Positions 51,496-62,917 of a DNA stretch of 64,000 nt are shown piece after piece (within the stretch, counting starts at the first letter, position 1; each line of letters starts with the position of its first letter). The notes under the pieces were generated by a model. It worked only from the letters and a program-made list of their open reading frames with translations. It ran no database searches and was not told the DNA's origin. Made by a program: the position numbers and the translations under genes. The stretch comes from Haliotis cracherodii (taxonomy: Eukaryota), in NCBI RefSeq assembly GCF_022045235.1, contig NW_027266341.1, forward strand, positions 37,014,001-37,078,000, given 5' to 3'.

Positions 51496-54257
51496 CTTTA
51501 TTAATAGGAACAAAACGTTTCGGAGTTTAATCTTTAATAGTCCTTCATCACTCATAAGAAGCAATTTAACACTTCAACATGTCATTCAAAGGCTTAAAAC
51601 TGACTCAATTATATTTCATTTTATAAAACAATGATGATCTCGAAGTAGAACCAACCCTCTGGGTTCGGTGATTCTAATTCCGGAATCAACAGATTCTTAT
51701 GATTTCTTTGTTTTATCGTGCTCATGAAAGTGGTGACCATCCAAGACCTGCATCATTCTGGGAATCATTACACCACGTGATATAATTAAAACACTGTTGA
51801 AAGTGATGTTTAACCAAACTTACTCACGAACTAAATATCACAAACCTGTATTAAATGCAACCTTTCTCACTATATATAGGACGAATTTTCAACAGATATA
51901 TACTATTAAAAACTCCAACAGTGTATAAGTCAATGTGTTTTGTCTCTCTCAGTGTTGGCATATTTTTCAGGAGGAAACAACGCAGAGGTTTCAGAGGAGT
52001 GACAAAACATCCCACGTGACGTCATCAGATGATGACGAGCTAAATGTGTTGAAGGGAATTTACGTGTATGCGGATACCGGGAGATGACACGTTCATGGTA
52101 AACTATTTTATAGACACATTTGACGGTATGTTTTGTAAATGATCCTCTCTGTGATGTGAACAAGATCTCGAATAGACATAAAATGAGCTACATACATATG
52201 CATGTATTTTATTATAATGTTCAATATGTTCATTTGCGTCAATCAAGCATCATCAATATTGTTTTTCAGAGAAAAAAGCAAAAGCAATACGCCTTCTTTC
52301 GTGGAATAAGTAGGGTAAATCAAACACTGTCCTCCTGACAGACTGAGCACATGACACTTAAGCCATTTGTATTACAGATATGTTGAAATATGTTCATACA
52401 TGGAAGACGATACGCGTGCTCCAGCAAGTGGGGAGTTGTAATATATCAATTGTGAAAAACGCGCACTTGTTATATGTGTATCATTGTCGTTTGGGATCAA
52501 AGTTCAAAAACAAACTTAAACAAACAAATATAATTGTTTAAACTTGCGCATATATATTTTATACAAATCTTGAATACTACTGCGTAATATTTTAAATAAC
52601 AAACGCACATATTCATACAAATCTGAGTAATATATTAGGCTATAATAAAATAATACATTAATACAATAATTTCGTAATAAGCCTCTATATGAATTACAAG
52701 AATGCATATTGTACGAATCTCCATGCTTCGGTTTTAAGTACTTATAACGCATACAAGGAGAACTACAATGTAAGACATGAAATATATCCAAACTAATCAC
52801 ATGTCCATCAAAGGTTTCATAAATATTTTAGTATTTTAGTATTTCATCGAATAGCAATTAAATATTTACATACATGTATAGTGTAATTATTGCATGAACA
52901 TACAATTTTTAAAAAGATAATGAAATAATAAACCATAATGAAAAGCAGTACACTAAAAACAACATGATTGTGTTTTCAATTCACCTTCAAGAACACATGA
53001 AATCTGTAAAACAATGTTGATATATAAAATCACTACTGTGGCTTCCAAATAAACAAATGAGCATGCAGACTATTCAGGTGATGATGTTCGCTCATGCAGG
53101 TGTGTTATGTTCATAAATAATTTTAATTGATATATGTTCCACTTAACAGTAAATAGGCACAAGACACCTGTCTCGCCCAACTCAAACTTTAACAGTGGTG
53201 TTGAATTTCTGAATTACTGAAGTTAATTTACCTTTCATACCATAGTTCTTGCCAAAGTTATATATGTCAAATCATATCATCAATAATGTTAGCCTGTGTA
53301 TTCTACAATAGACGAAAAGGTCTATTAATCGTTTTCAATCTAATGAAGGTTGGATAAACCATTAAAACTACGTTTTGAACAATAGATATGTTATACACTT
53401 GCATTTCTTCTAGTCTTTCCTCTGAATACACTTATGAACAACACATGAGTCTCGATGAAGAGGGTAAATAACATTTCCATGCCGATACTTGTGTGTGGAG
53501 GCTTAAAATATATTTATCGTGAGATCTTTAGTCGTTGACAACGTTATTAAATGTCTAAACGCCAGAAAGAAATGTCTTTGATGAAAATGGTTGCACATTT
53601 ATCCATTCAGGGGTTTGTAAACATAAAAATAACCAACGCAAGCGAATAACCAGTCTCAAACGAAACGGATCCCATTCTACATAAAAGGTAACCTTAAAAC
53701 GCCGTGAAACATATATGAATGGACAACTGAAAATTAATGATGACACCAGGTGTTCACGAACAGGGTAAGCGTGCCCTGCTCTACCGATAGCACCCGCTCC
53801 TCGGGCAAATTAACTATAAAAGTCGTACTCCTGCCATGCGACGGCGGCAGGTAAACAAAACCACACAAAAACGGAAGGACCAGAAATCCAACCACATCGT
53901 AGCGCTTTTGATTATTTGTTCAAACTAAAAACTGTACGTTAATTTTGAAATACGTATGCTGTGAATAAGTGCGAATATTTTCAGCTTACAGTTAAAGAAA
54001 AGACGTTTCAGAAATATGTTCGATTTGCAATACAATTAGGGTTGAGGGGCAAATCTAATCAGGCAAATCAGTCTAATTGATAAAGCTTATGGAGCAACTT
54101 GAGGACTCCACAAAATATAGTCCAATGTGATGGTAGAAGAAACTAGGTGGGTCCAATGGAAGTATATGGAAACTTCTGATGCACCTTCATGCAACATATG
54201 TCTTTGTAGAAGTATATTGTTCATCAGCCAGGTGATTCTCTACCACTATAGGCTAAT

Positions 54258-54523
54258 TTAAACGTTGGCTGTTATGGCTTTGGTGGGTTCGGGGTTGTTT
54301 TCAAAATGCTGAGCAGCATCAGGATGTGTAAAGGGAGGGACCGCTCCACCAGGTGCTGGGAAGACGGCTTGTCCTTGTGTTGGATCATAGACTGGTCCTG
54401 GTCCGGGGGAGTAGGGTGGTGGAGGCTGTGCCATCCCTGCAGGTTGGGGGTAGTACGTACCTTGAGCAGGCTGAGATGGGTAGATGTATCCCGCATTATA
54501 TGCAGCACCGGTGGGGTTTGTAC
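54258..54523 (-). CDS. Gene F exon 4: Pro/Tyr/Gln-rich tail with PPPY
   Basis: ttatcctttatccag|GT, phase 1. Encodes GTNPTGAAYNAGYIYPSQPAQGTYYPQPAGMAQPPPPYSPGPGPVYDPTQGQAVFPAPGGAVPPFTHPDAAQHFENNPEPTKAITANV*. Confidence 0.9.
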
Positions 54524-56131
54524 CTGGATAAAGGATAAAGGATACATTTGAGGCTAGTAAGGGTATTACTTCACTTTGTCAACGGCAATAAGTTATTCTG
54601 CATCAGCCTTATAGGCATATAGTAAAACAACAGAGCAGCCAAATTCGTAATGATAAGAAGCATGTCATATTTTAATACTACCCCCTGTACAAGTACAAGC
54701 CTGCTTTTTCGTATATATGGGAATATTGAAAAGCAAGCATAGAACCACATAGCAACATTAAGATATATTTTCTTTCAAGAACTATAGAGCAGTAAAATAG
54801 TAACATTATCATACACGTTTTGAATAAAATCATGTGGTGATTGGTAATGGTCCGCGGCGCCTGAATATCAATATTATAAATGGCAAAAGAATTGTATGAA
54901 CTTGTATGATTAGGTGCATATTATCCATTTATTTAAGAGTTCCAGATTTAAGCAACGTATAGATTTAACACTAGTATTGAATGTCCTTACTCGACTGTGA
55001 TTTTGAAAGTTATCTAAAAGCACCACATACATAATAGTGAGTGAGTGAGGTGAGTTTTACGCATCAGTAGTATTTCGTTCTTGCCATGCAATCATATTGC
55101 AGGGGGACACACTGGCCATGCTCCATGTTGTTATGGGTCTATTTAATGAGTCTTAATTAACTTTTAACAAACGTCACTTTTTCTATGTCTTCATAACGTG
55201 AAGTTCACCAACATCAGAGCCAGGGCAATGGTATGGAGTTGTTGATTGAAATATTGTAAACATGCCATCACAGGGAATAAAGCCACACTGCTGTTGGCAA
55301 TGATTGATAGCTTGTGATGCCAATGATAGTTTTAAGAGACAATACTCCCCCGATATCTGTACAACTACTATGAGTTGACCTTTTTAACCATCTTCCTCAC
55401 ACGTGTGGTCACTATATATAGCTCACGGTTTCTAGTATTTTTATTTCCGATAAAAGAGAATATGCCCATATTGTATATGCAACTGCAATTCATGAACGAT
55501 TCAATCCAGCGGTTATATTTCAATTCATGTCACTAGACTAAATGATTGCTGTCAAAATAGGGACATTATACTTAACAAGAAATGTATTAAAAGGCAGTGA
55601 CAAGTCCGGTCGGGTTTGAACCAATGAGATTGCAGCACACACTTCCACTCGCATTTACTGTTTATGTAGAAACGTTGTATTGAGACTAACAACTGAATGA
55701 TACGATTGGTGATTAAGTCTTTTGGTGTATTATAAACGTACATTTGGTTCCTTAAGATGACAAAAAAATATTTCCTTAAAGTTTGAGACATACTTCCCGT
55801 AATAAGAGAAAACCAAACAAACTTAATTGTGAAACAAGTTGACATTCTCAGAGACTTTAAGAAAGGAAACCACAAAGACAAATGCATAAATGTCATCATA
55901 GCACACGCCACGTTGTGGAGCAACACCAACACACAAAAGATTTGAACTGGTACAAGCTTCCTGGTATTCCACTTGATTCATCAACGATAGTGATGTTGTT
56001 CCTTTTAAAAGTATAATTAAAGATTGAAGCTGTTACGTATCGTACGTATCTACTACTTATTGATGGCTTATACATATTGATGGGTTATACATATTGATGG
56101 ATTATACATATTGATGGAGCATGTGTAGTAC

Positions 56132-56325
56132 CTGTTGATACAACGGCAAGTTGTTGGTTGGTGGTCACGACGTGACCTCGATGACCTTGAGATGACCTAC
56201 AGCAGCAGACACAGCACAAAACTACTCCTGCGATTATGGCGATCAAGATGAGTGAACAACCCACGGAGACCCCGATAATCACGTTTGACACTGCATGCCT
56301 GGTGCCGGTGGAGACTGAGGTGGTG
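56132..56325 (-). CDS. Gene F exon 3: transmembrane helix plus Cys cluster
   Basis: gtgtttcttctag|C ... G|GTACTA, phase 2 to phase 1. Encodes TTSVSTGTRHAVSNVIIGVSVGCSLILIAIIAGVVLCCVCCCRSSQGHRGHVVTTNQQLAVVST. Confidence 0.9.
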
Positions 56326-57084
56326 CTAGAAGAAACACGAATTAGTTACACAGTTGGAAGTCTAACTGGATCTATTACGACCGGACCTGGGCCAGACAAA
56401 CAAGTGATTGATAGTATGATAAACGGCAGAGAATAAACATCCTTGAGTATATGTATCAGTAACAGATTCCATTGGCAGAAGCGGTGAAAACCATATGAAT
56501 GGATCACTGAAAAATTAGAGATGACACTGATGAAAACGGTAAGCATGTCCTTCCCTACCGTATCACCCGCCACACACGCAGCTTGTGTAAAAAGAAAGTG
56601 TTTGTTTCTTGCCAAACCAGCAGCACTCAAAACACTTTCCTTAATCATACAACATCTCTGCTAAACTTCCCATGCCATCGAGGACACGTTGTCGCTGTAT
56701 CTGACCCTCCGATCAAATGAAGTCGCTTTTGTGAAAGACAATATCGGGCCCCCACGAGGGACAATTGCAAATAATTTGTTATCACTCTAATTTTGTGAAA
56801 CTACCGGCAACTGCGTTTCGCTAGATAACAGGCTTAAAAATGTATCTGATTTTCACAGTTTCGTACACTGAATTTATTTCTGAAGTATTTATGGTATGTC
56901 ACCATAGTAACCAACGTAATGTATATGATACTGTATGTTTAAATCAAGCTACATAATCTGATTTGGTATGTGACTGCATTTTCACATTTTTGCTGATGAA
57001 ATAATGCGAGTAAATTGGGATAGGAATGTCTGCTTGTTATAATCTTTAACGTCACAAGTGATGCATCTTTACAATCATACTTAC

Positions 57085-57184
57085 CAACAATACCTGAAAG
57101 AGCTTGACCCACAACATGAATCGTCACACGTCAGTGTCCTGGTACGAAAATTCCTATACTCGGTGCACACTTCAAAGGCATAGG
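57085..57184 (-). CDS. Gene F exon 2: six-Cys ectodomain
   Basis: caattttcag|CC ... TG|GTAAGT, 100 nt. Encodes SYAFEVCTEYRNFRTRTLTCDDSCCGSSSFRYC(C); the sixth Cys codon is completed by splicing (TG+C). Confidence 0.92.
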
Positions 57185-58599
57185 CTGAAAATTGAATGTT
57201 GAAATTTATATTCTGTCGACGTACATCTATGTCAGATCGACAAATTTCGTAAATACTTTTCGACAGGCATCATTTTATAGATTATTTGACATGAAATAAA
57301 ATTAAAAAGTTATTAATTATCTACCCGTATTGATATAATTAAGATAAGATCCACTAACACATAAGCAATAGAGAAGGGGAGATGGGAAAATATTTGACCC
57401 GAAGACAACACTTGTAGTGATTGTAATATGAATGATTTATCAGACGAATATCAGTATTTATTATCCTGTCCATATTTTGATTATCTTTGTAGACATTTTC
57501 ACCAAAATCATTTACAGGGTCAAATCAAATATTTTCGAACTTGATAAATGATCAAGTACCGATCATCCTTCTGAATTAAGAAAACTCGCACATTTTGTAA
57601 ACGCATTGTTGACCAGTTTTAATTAAACACTTAAATCATGAAGATACGTTGCAGTAAAGTGAATGTAAATTCTCATACACTGCTTACAGTGCATCTGTAA
57701 TTCTACTTATATGCCTTCATTCATAAAAATGACATTGTTATTACCTTGAAGCGAAATATGCGTTTTGTATTTGTTGTTGAAAATGTATGATATATAATAT
57801 GGGACGAGAAACTGAAAAAGATTGACTGATTGAAACGCTTCACAATTTAATCTTTGAGACAGCTGATCAGACGTCTGCATGAGTGAGTGAGTTGAGTTTA
57901 ACGCCGCTTTAAACAGTATTTTAATGACGCAGGCCAAAGACTAAGTAAGCTGCTGACATACAAAGGATCACAAGCTGTAGGAATCTTACATTCTATTCCA
58001 TGACCAGCAGCTTCCATTTAAAATTGTTAATATCATTTCACAATACAAAACACTCCTTTAAATATGGATTTTTAGCTTTCATTGACTCTTCATGTTGGAC
58101 TTCATACTGTTAAAAGTGAGCGAACATCAATTGCGCAAATAATTTCGGTGTAAACATCCCACTTCAGACTCAATCTACATTCATAAATGTTTCGAATATC
58201 TTAACGGATGTGCGCTAGACTGAATTCAGTGTATTTAAGTTAGTCTAAAATATGTGTTTTTCCTTACATTTTTTAACTGAAAAAAGAAGGCCAGTGTGTA
58301 TTTAATTATTTAACTTTTTAAATTATTAAACCACGCAAGTATAAAACGTTCAGATACAAGAAAACATCCTAATCTCCACATGTTTGTGTGTTTATTTGGC
58401 ACCAAATGGATACAAATGTGCGCATTTACGTATTTTCCTCATTTTATAAAGTCGAGCAATATTCCTACTGAAGATGTTACATGGCGCTATGAAGCCACGA
58501 AACGAGGTTACACAGCAGTGACGTCTTAGTGAAAATACGTTGCGGCCTTTTGACGTGAGCAACAAGCAGGAATTGATTCACGTGTTCTTTGATATATAA

Positions 58600-58930
58600 C
58601 AGCCTTTATCTTATTGCCCAAATACATTTACTACCCAATATTAAGATTTAGAACATCCAATCATTGTTTACCTATTGAGACAGGGCGTTGGTATAATACT
58701 CCAAGGGAATTTAGAACTTGTAAAATGTGTGACTCTCCGACCATTGCAGACGAGTTTCATTATATATTTCGTTGTCCTGCTTTTGATGAAAATAGAAAAA
58801 GATTTATTTCAACAAAACTAACCAAATTTTCAAATATGGTATCTTATAGACAGTTGTTAACATCATCAGATTTCACTGTTTTAAGAAACTTAGCAAAGTT
58901 TATAAATGTTATCTTCTCTGTAATATGAAA
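58600..58930 (+). mobile_element. LINE 3'-end fragment
   Basis: ILRFRTSNHCLPIETGRWYNTPREFRTCKMCDSPTIADEFHYIFRCP. Confidence 0.85.
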
Positions 58931-59563
58931 ACTTAGATGAAAGACATGCTTATTATATCTACAACTGTTTACCTACAATATTTTGTTTTAGTCCGCCGCC
59001 ATTTTGACTTTTTGTATATAATGATTGACATGTAAAATGTACTCTAATACCACCATGCGTGGTTCTCTGGAGAGTAAAGTGAAGTGAAGTGAAGACTATT
59101 TGACTTTAATTCTACGATTCGTGCCTGCAACCGTTCACTTTGACGATAGTATTTCATAAAATAAGTCGCAAAAGGACGCCTGATACACGACCGTTCGAAC
59201 ACAAATACATACCAGCAAACATACATGTACTTAACAGTGTCTAAATGCCCTGTGTGTAGATGTCATGTAGTTCACATTAATCAAAGATTTCTATCATCGC
59301 TTGAACACTAAACAGGAATAAAACAAGATCCGCTGTCTCATCAACGCCCGCAAACACGTCACCATCAGATCATATCAAGTCTCTGTCTAAACGAGGGCAC
59401 TGGTGATCCAGGCGTCACGGCGCCGGAATTAACTATGCAGAGTTGTGTCCCTTGGGCTATGGGGAAACCTATGCTTTATGTGGTGGTGGTGTGGTGTCGA
59501 TGTTTCTTTACGAAAAAAAGTATATACGTAAAACAACATTAATGAATTGTCCTCAGTGTGTGT

Positions 59564-59594
<31 letters not shown>

Positions 59595-60111
59595 GGGGGG
59601 GCTGATGTGGGTTTTAATCATAATAAATAGAGAGCTGAGATTTTTCCAGTCGCATTTCAAATTATACATATGGACGGAATGCTGAAATTTTCTCACTATC
59701 TACTTAAATATAATTTAACAGTACAGACATATGTGCTTTTATAACAATCCACGTATTTCTGCGTAAAAAAAAAATTGATTGATTTATGGCCCTATTTAGC
59801 TATTGGATCCCCCGCCCCAAGTTATCAAAACAAATCACACCGCTCAATAGCGCTGAGTAGTACGTACTTCCTAAAAAGCAATAGATGCGGAGTAGATGTC
59901 ATCAAAGTGGAAGTCCTCACCGAAGCAATGGTAATACTCCCGGATGTCCATTCTGTAATTTCTAGTTTTGGATGACATATTGTTCTCAGTAACCGTAATG
60001 TGAAAATAGATAGTTGATTGGTTTTATATTCAAGTTGGTATTTCCGCTATTCAACGTGTTCAGTGAGGCCCTCTTATCAACAGTCATTTCTGAGACATAA
60101 ATGCAAATTAT

Positions 60112-60431
60112 AATTACCGTATTCGACGTAATAAGCGCCCCGCTCTAATAAACGCCCACGCCGATATTTGCTAATATATTGGCTAGTGAACAATCCCAAT
60201 TAGCACCCCTTCCGATTGATAAATGTACACAAGACTTATTTATTCGCGTATAATACGCACTCGTTATATGCACACTTAATTATGGGCAATTAAATTCGGG
60301 AAAAATATATCTGTCGTACATAAACATTTCAGGCTGTCAGCATAAACCACGAAATTAATCAAGTCAACGTTTTTTTCACCAAAATAATATTCTAATTTTG
60401 AGAGCGCCCTAGGCGCTTATTACGGTAATTA
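60112..60431. mobile_element. MITE (pogo/Tigger-like termini)
   Basis: taattaccgta(ttcgacgta)ataagcgcc ... ggcgcttattacggtaatta. Confidence 0.6.
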
Positions 60432-60558
60432 AGTCTACGCTTATTTTTTTTGCATTTATAATTAACTCGAACGTTAATTTCAATATTTATATTACATACT
60501 ATTCAAAAGAAGTTAAAGAACACCCGATTCCTTCATATGACTATGGTTAGTCATTAGA

Positions 60559-60671
60559 GGAAGCGATAGAGCGATAAAGCGATAGAACGAGAAAGCGATA
60601 GAACGAGAAAGCGATAGAACGAGAAAGCGATAGAGCGAGAAAGCGTTAGAGCGAGAAAGCGAGAAAGCGAT
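60559..60671. repeat. 16-bp minisatellite (gaaagcgatagaacga)
   Basis: Seen directly. Confidence 0.85.
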
Positions 60672-60753
60672 GTCCCCTCTCGGCCACCATAGTCAATAGT
60701 ATTTGTTGGCACAGTTGTCAAGGGTAGTAGTCGTATAGCATGTATATACTCAC

Positions 60754-60802
60754 AAACAGCAGTCAGAGTGAGAAGTATCCATCCACGTTTCAGAAAGTAC
60801 AT
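60754..60802 (-). CDS. Gene F exon 1: signal peptide (full gene 60802-54258, 202 aa Shisa-like/CYYR1-like protein)
   Basis: MYFLKRGWILLTLTAV + T|GTGAGT, 49 nt. The four exons sum to 609 nt in one open frame. Confidence 0.88.
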
Positions 60803-61261
60803 TGTGAACACACACCTGACTACACTTCACCAAACAGATAGTGACGTCAACCTTATTCCTTGTAGCCAAACGATTCCTGGCTGGACGAAGTCCTCGTTGG
60901 TATCTACGTGTTCTGTACGTTCAGTAACACTGTAATATTAACTCTGCTGGTTACTCAGTATGTGAATTACTAACTATGTGAGCGATATGACTTCTTGTCC
61001 CAGATGTCCAGAGACCAAGTGTGTGATTAACAGTCTTTATACAGCCTTGTCACCACGAGCTAGCTGTGTCATCGTACGGGGGTAGAGTGCAGGAAAAGCG
61101 GATATGTACGGGAAATGACGGCTTGCATGACCCGGACGAATACTCCGAATTTTGCCTTGTGTTGCACATAAATGGTACTCATGCGCAGTCATTCAATCGT
61201 GACAACACAACTACGTTACATTTAGTGTCAATACATTTATTAGCGTTAGGTTGATATAGAG

Positions 61262-61405
61262 AATCTCACCCGAGTGTCTTTTCATATCAAATATATCAAC
61301 ACGGGTTGATAAAAGTGGCAAAATTCCGAGGCTTGCCGAAGATGTTTGCCACTTTTATCAACGAGTGTTGATATATTTGATATCAAAAGACACAAGGGTG
61401 AGATT
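61262..61405. repeat. Long hairpin (~60-bp arms), MITE-like
   Basis: aatctcaccc..gtgtcttt..tatcaaatatatcaacac..gttgataaaagtggcaaa [ccgaggcttgccga] tttgccacttttatcaac..gtgttgatatatttgata..aaagacac..gggtgagatt. Confidence 0.85.
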
Positions 61406-62896
61406 TTATTTCTCATCCAACATCATTCTTTCAACTTTTTCAATTTGTAGACAGTAATTAGCAGTGTTTTCAGTGTAAAAAGTACTGCTGACAGCCTCAG
61501 TAGCAGAGCCATTAGTGATGTCATTTGATTGTGACGTCATGGTAACCGGTGACGTCACAATGGTCTGCAAAGCATTGTGATGTAATTTCATTGCAGCGAT
61601 ATCTACAGTATAGATATCGCTTGATCTCATCCAAGCGATATCTCCTGTGGGGGCCAGTTTTGGATGATAAAACTATAATACACCATATAATAACCATAAT
61701 AAATTAATTATTACATTTAAATCACTGTCCGCCTCACATCATGTTGCTGTCAATCAGGACCTAAGACAATAAAACACGCTTCATGTGTCGCTTCTTTCTT
61801 TCCTTGACTCCTGTCAAACATGCATGCATTACACCCGTCGAAACTTAGTGTACACAAATGCCTAGAGCCAAAGTTTAAAAAATATTTTTATTAACTATAT
61901 GATGCCTCCTGTCTCAGTTTATATTGGAAAGTTATTCAAGAAAAGATAATGATAAATTTATTGTGGCCTGAATTTGGTTACTTAAATCGATGTAGGTGGT
62001 GAATATATTGTAATTTAAATTCTCTAAAGAAAGGAAGTTATAAGGACAAATAGAATACAGTTATGGTATAAGGTGTGGTTGAGGAGGGTATTACCCCGCT
62101 TTTAGGATTCACAAATTGCACCCATGTTCGGATTGAACTCGGGTATTTGGCGCGACGAGCCGACTCTTTAACCACTGGACTCACGAACAAGCGCTTATAA
62201 CCGGGAGGTAACGGAAAGTAGGTTATTTACGAGTGAACATGTCATGTTTTCTACAGCCTCTCATGGTGGCTAAAGTCATTTAAAAAAAAATTGATATCAC
62301 TATTTTTTACTTGGAAAATTTAGGTCTAGATCTATACACACTTTCATTTAATGCACGTGACTTCATGTTTACACTGACAGCCTGTATCGCGGACTAAAAT
62401 AGTTCCTCAAAAAGAGAGGTGACACGAGTGTATGCAAGCTCAACGTCCTCTACATGAACATCTGTTGCCGTTTGTTTCAAATATCATTGGAGGAGAATGG
62501 TCTGTTAAGATGTGCATCAAGTACAAGACGTCAAAATGGCTGACACGATAAACGTGAAGGGAGATATTTCCGAAGTTGTTAATGAACCTGTGGCGGTTAC
62601 ATGTATTAGTCATCATTGATCAATTGGCCGATCATTGAAAGGGGATTATAAAAATGTGTCAAATAGACACTATGGTAAATTCGTAGATTGCTGTAGACTG
62701 TCACTGTCAGCCTAGACATGGATGGTTTGGATGTGCATCTATCGTATTGTTCTCTAGGATGGGTCGTAGCGAGGATATTGGTGAACGATCACGCAGTCAG
62801 ATTCTCTGACGTTTCTCAATGTATGACTAAACGCCAAGTTCAAGGTTAAAGGGTCTAAATGATGAGAAAACAACGCTTCTCTATGTAAACGTGCAA

Positions 62897-62917
62897 GGGA
62901 ATTCCCAGGGGTTCCCC
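62897..62917. promoter_or_regulatory. Two adjacent NF-kB-like sites ~2.1 kb 5' of gene F
   Basis: GGGAATTCCC (62897-62906, perfect palindrome) and GGGGTTCCCC (62908-62917). Confidence 0.4.

Noticed and set aside
50254-51504. Plus-strand (CCRCPVCGGWT)n metallothionein- or keratin-associated-like ORF and (VDVLYVVDGRV)n ORF
   Set aside because: Alternative frames of one 33-bp minisatellite, with no unique N- or C-terminus or signal peptide.
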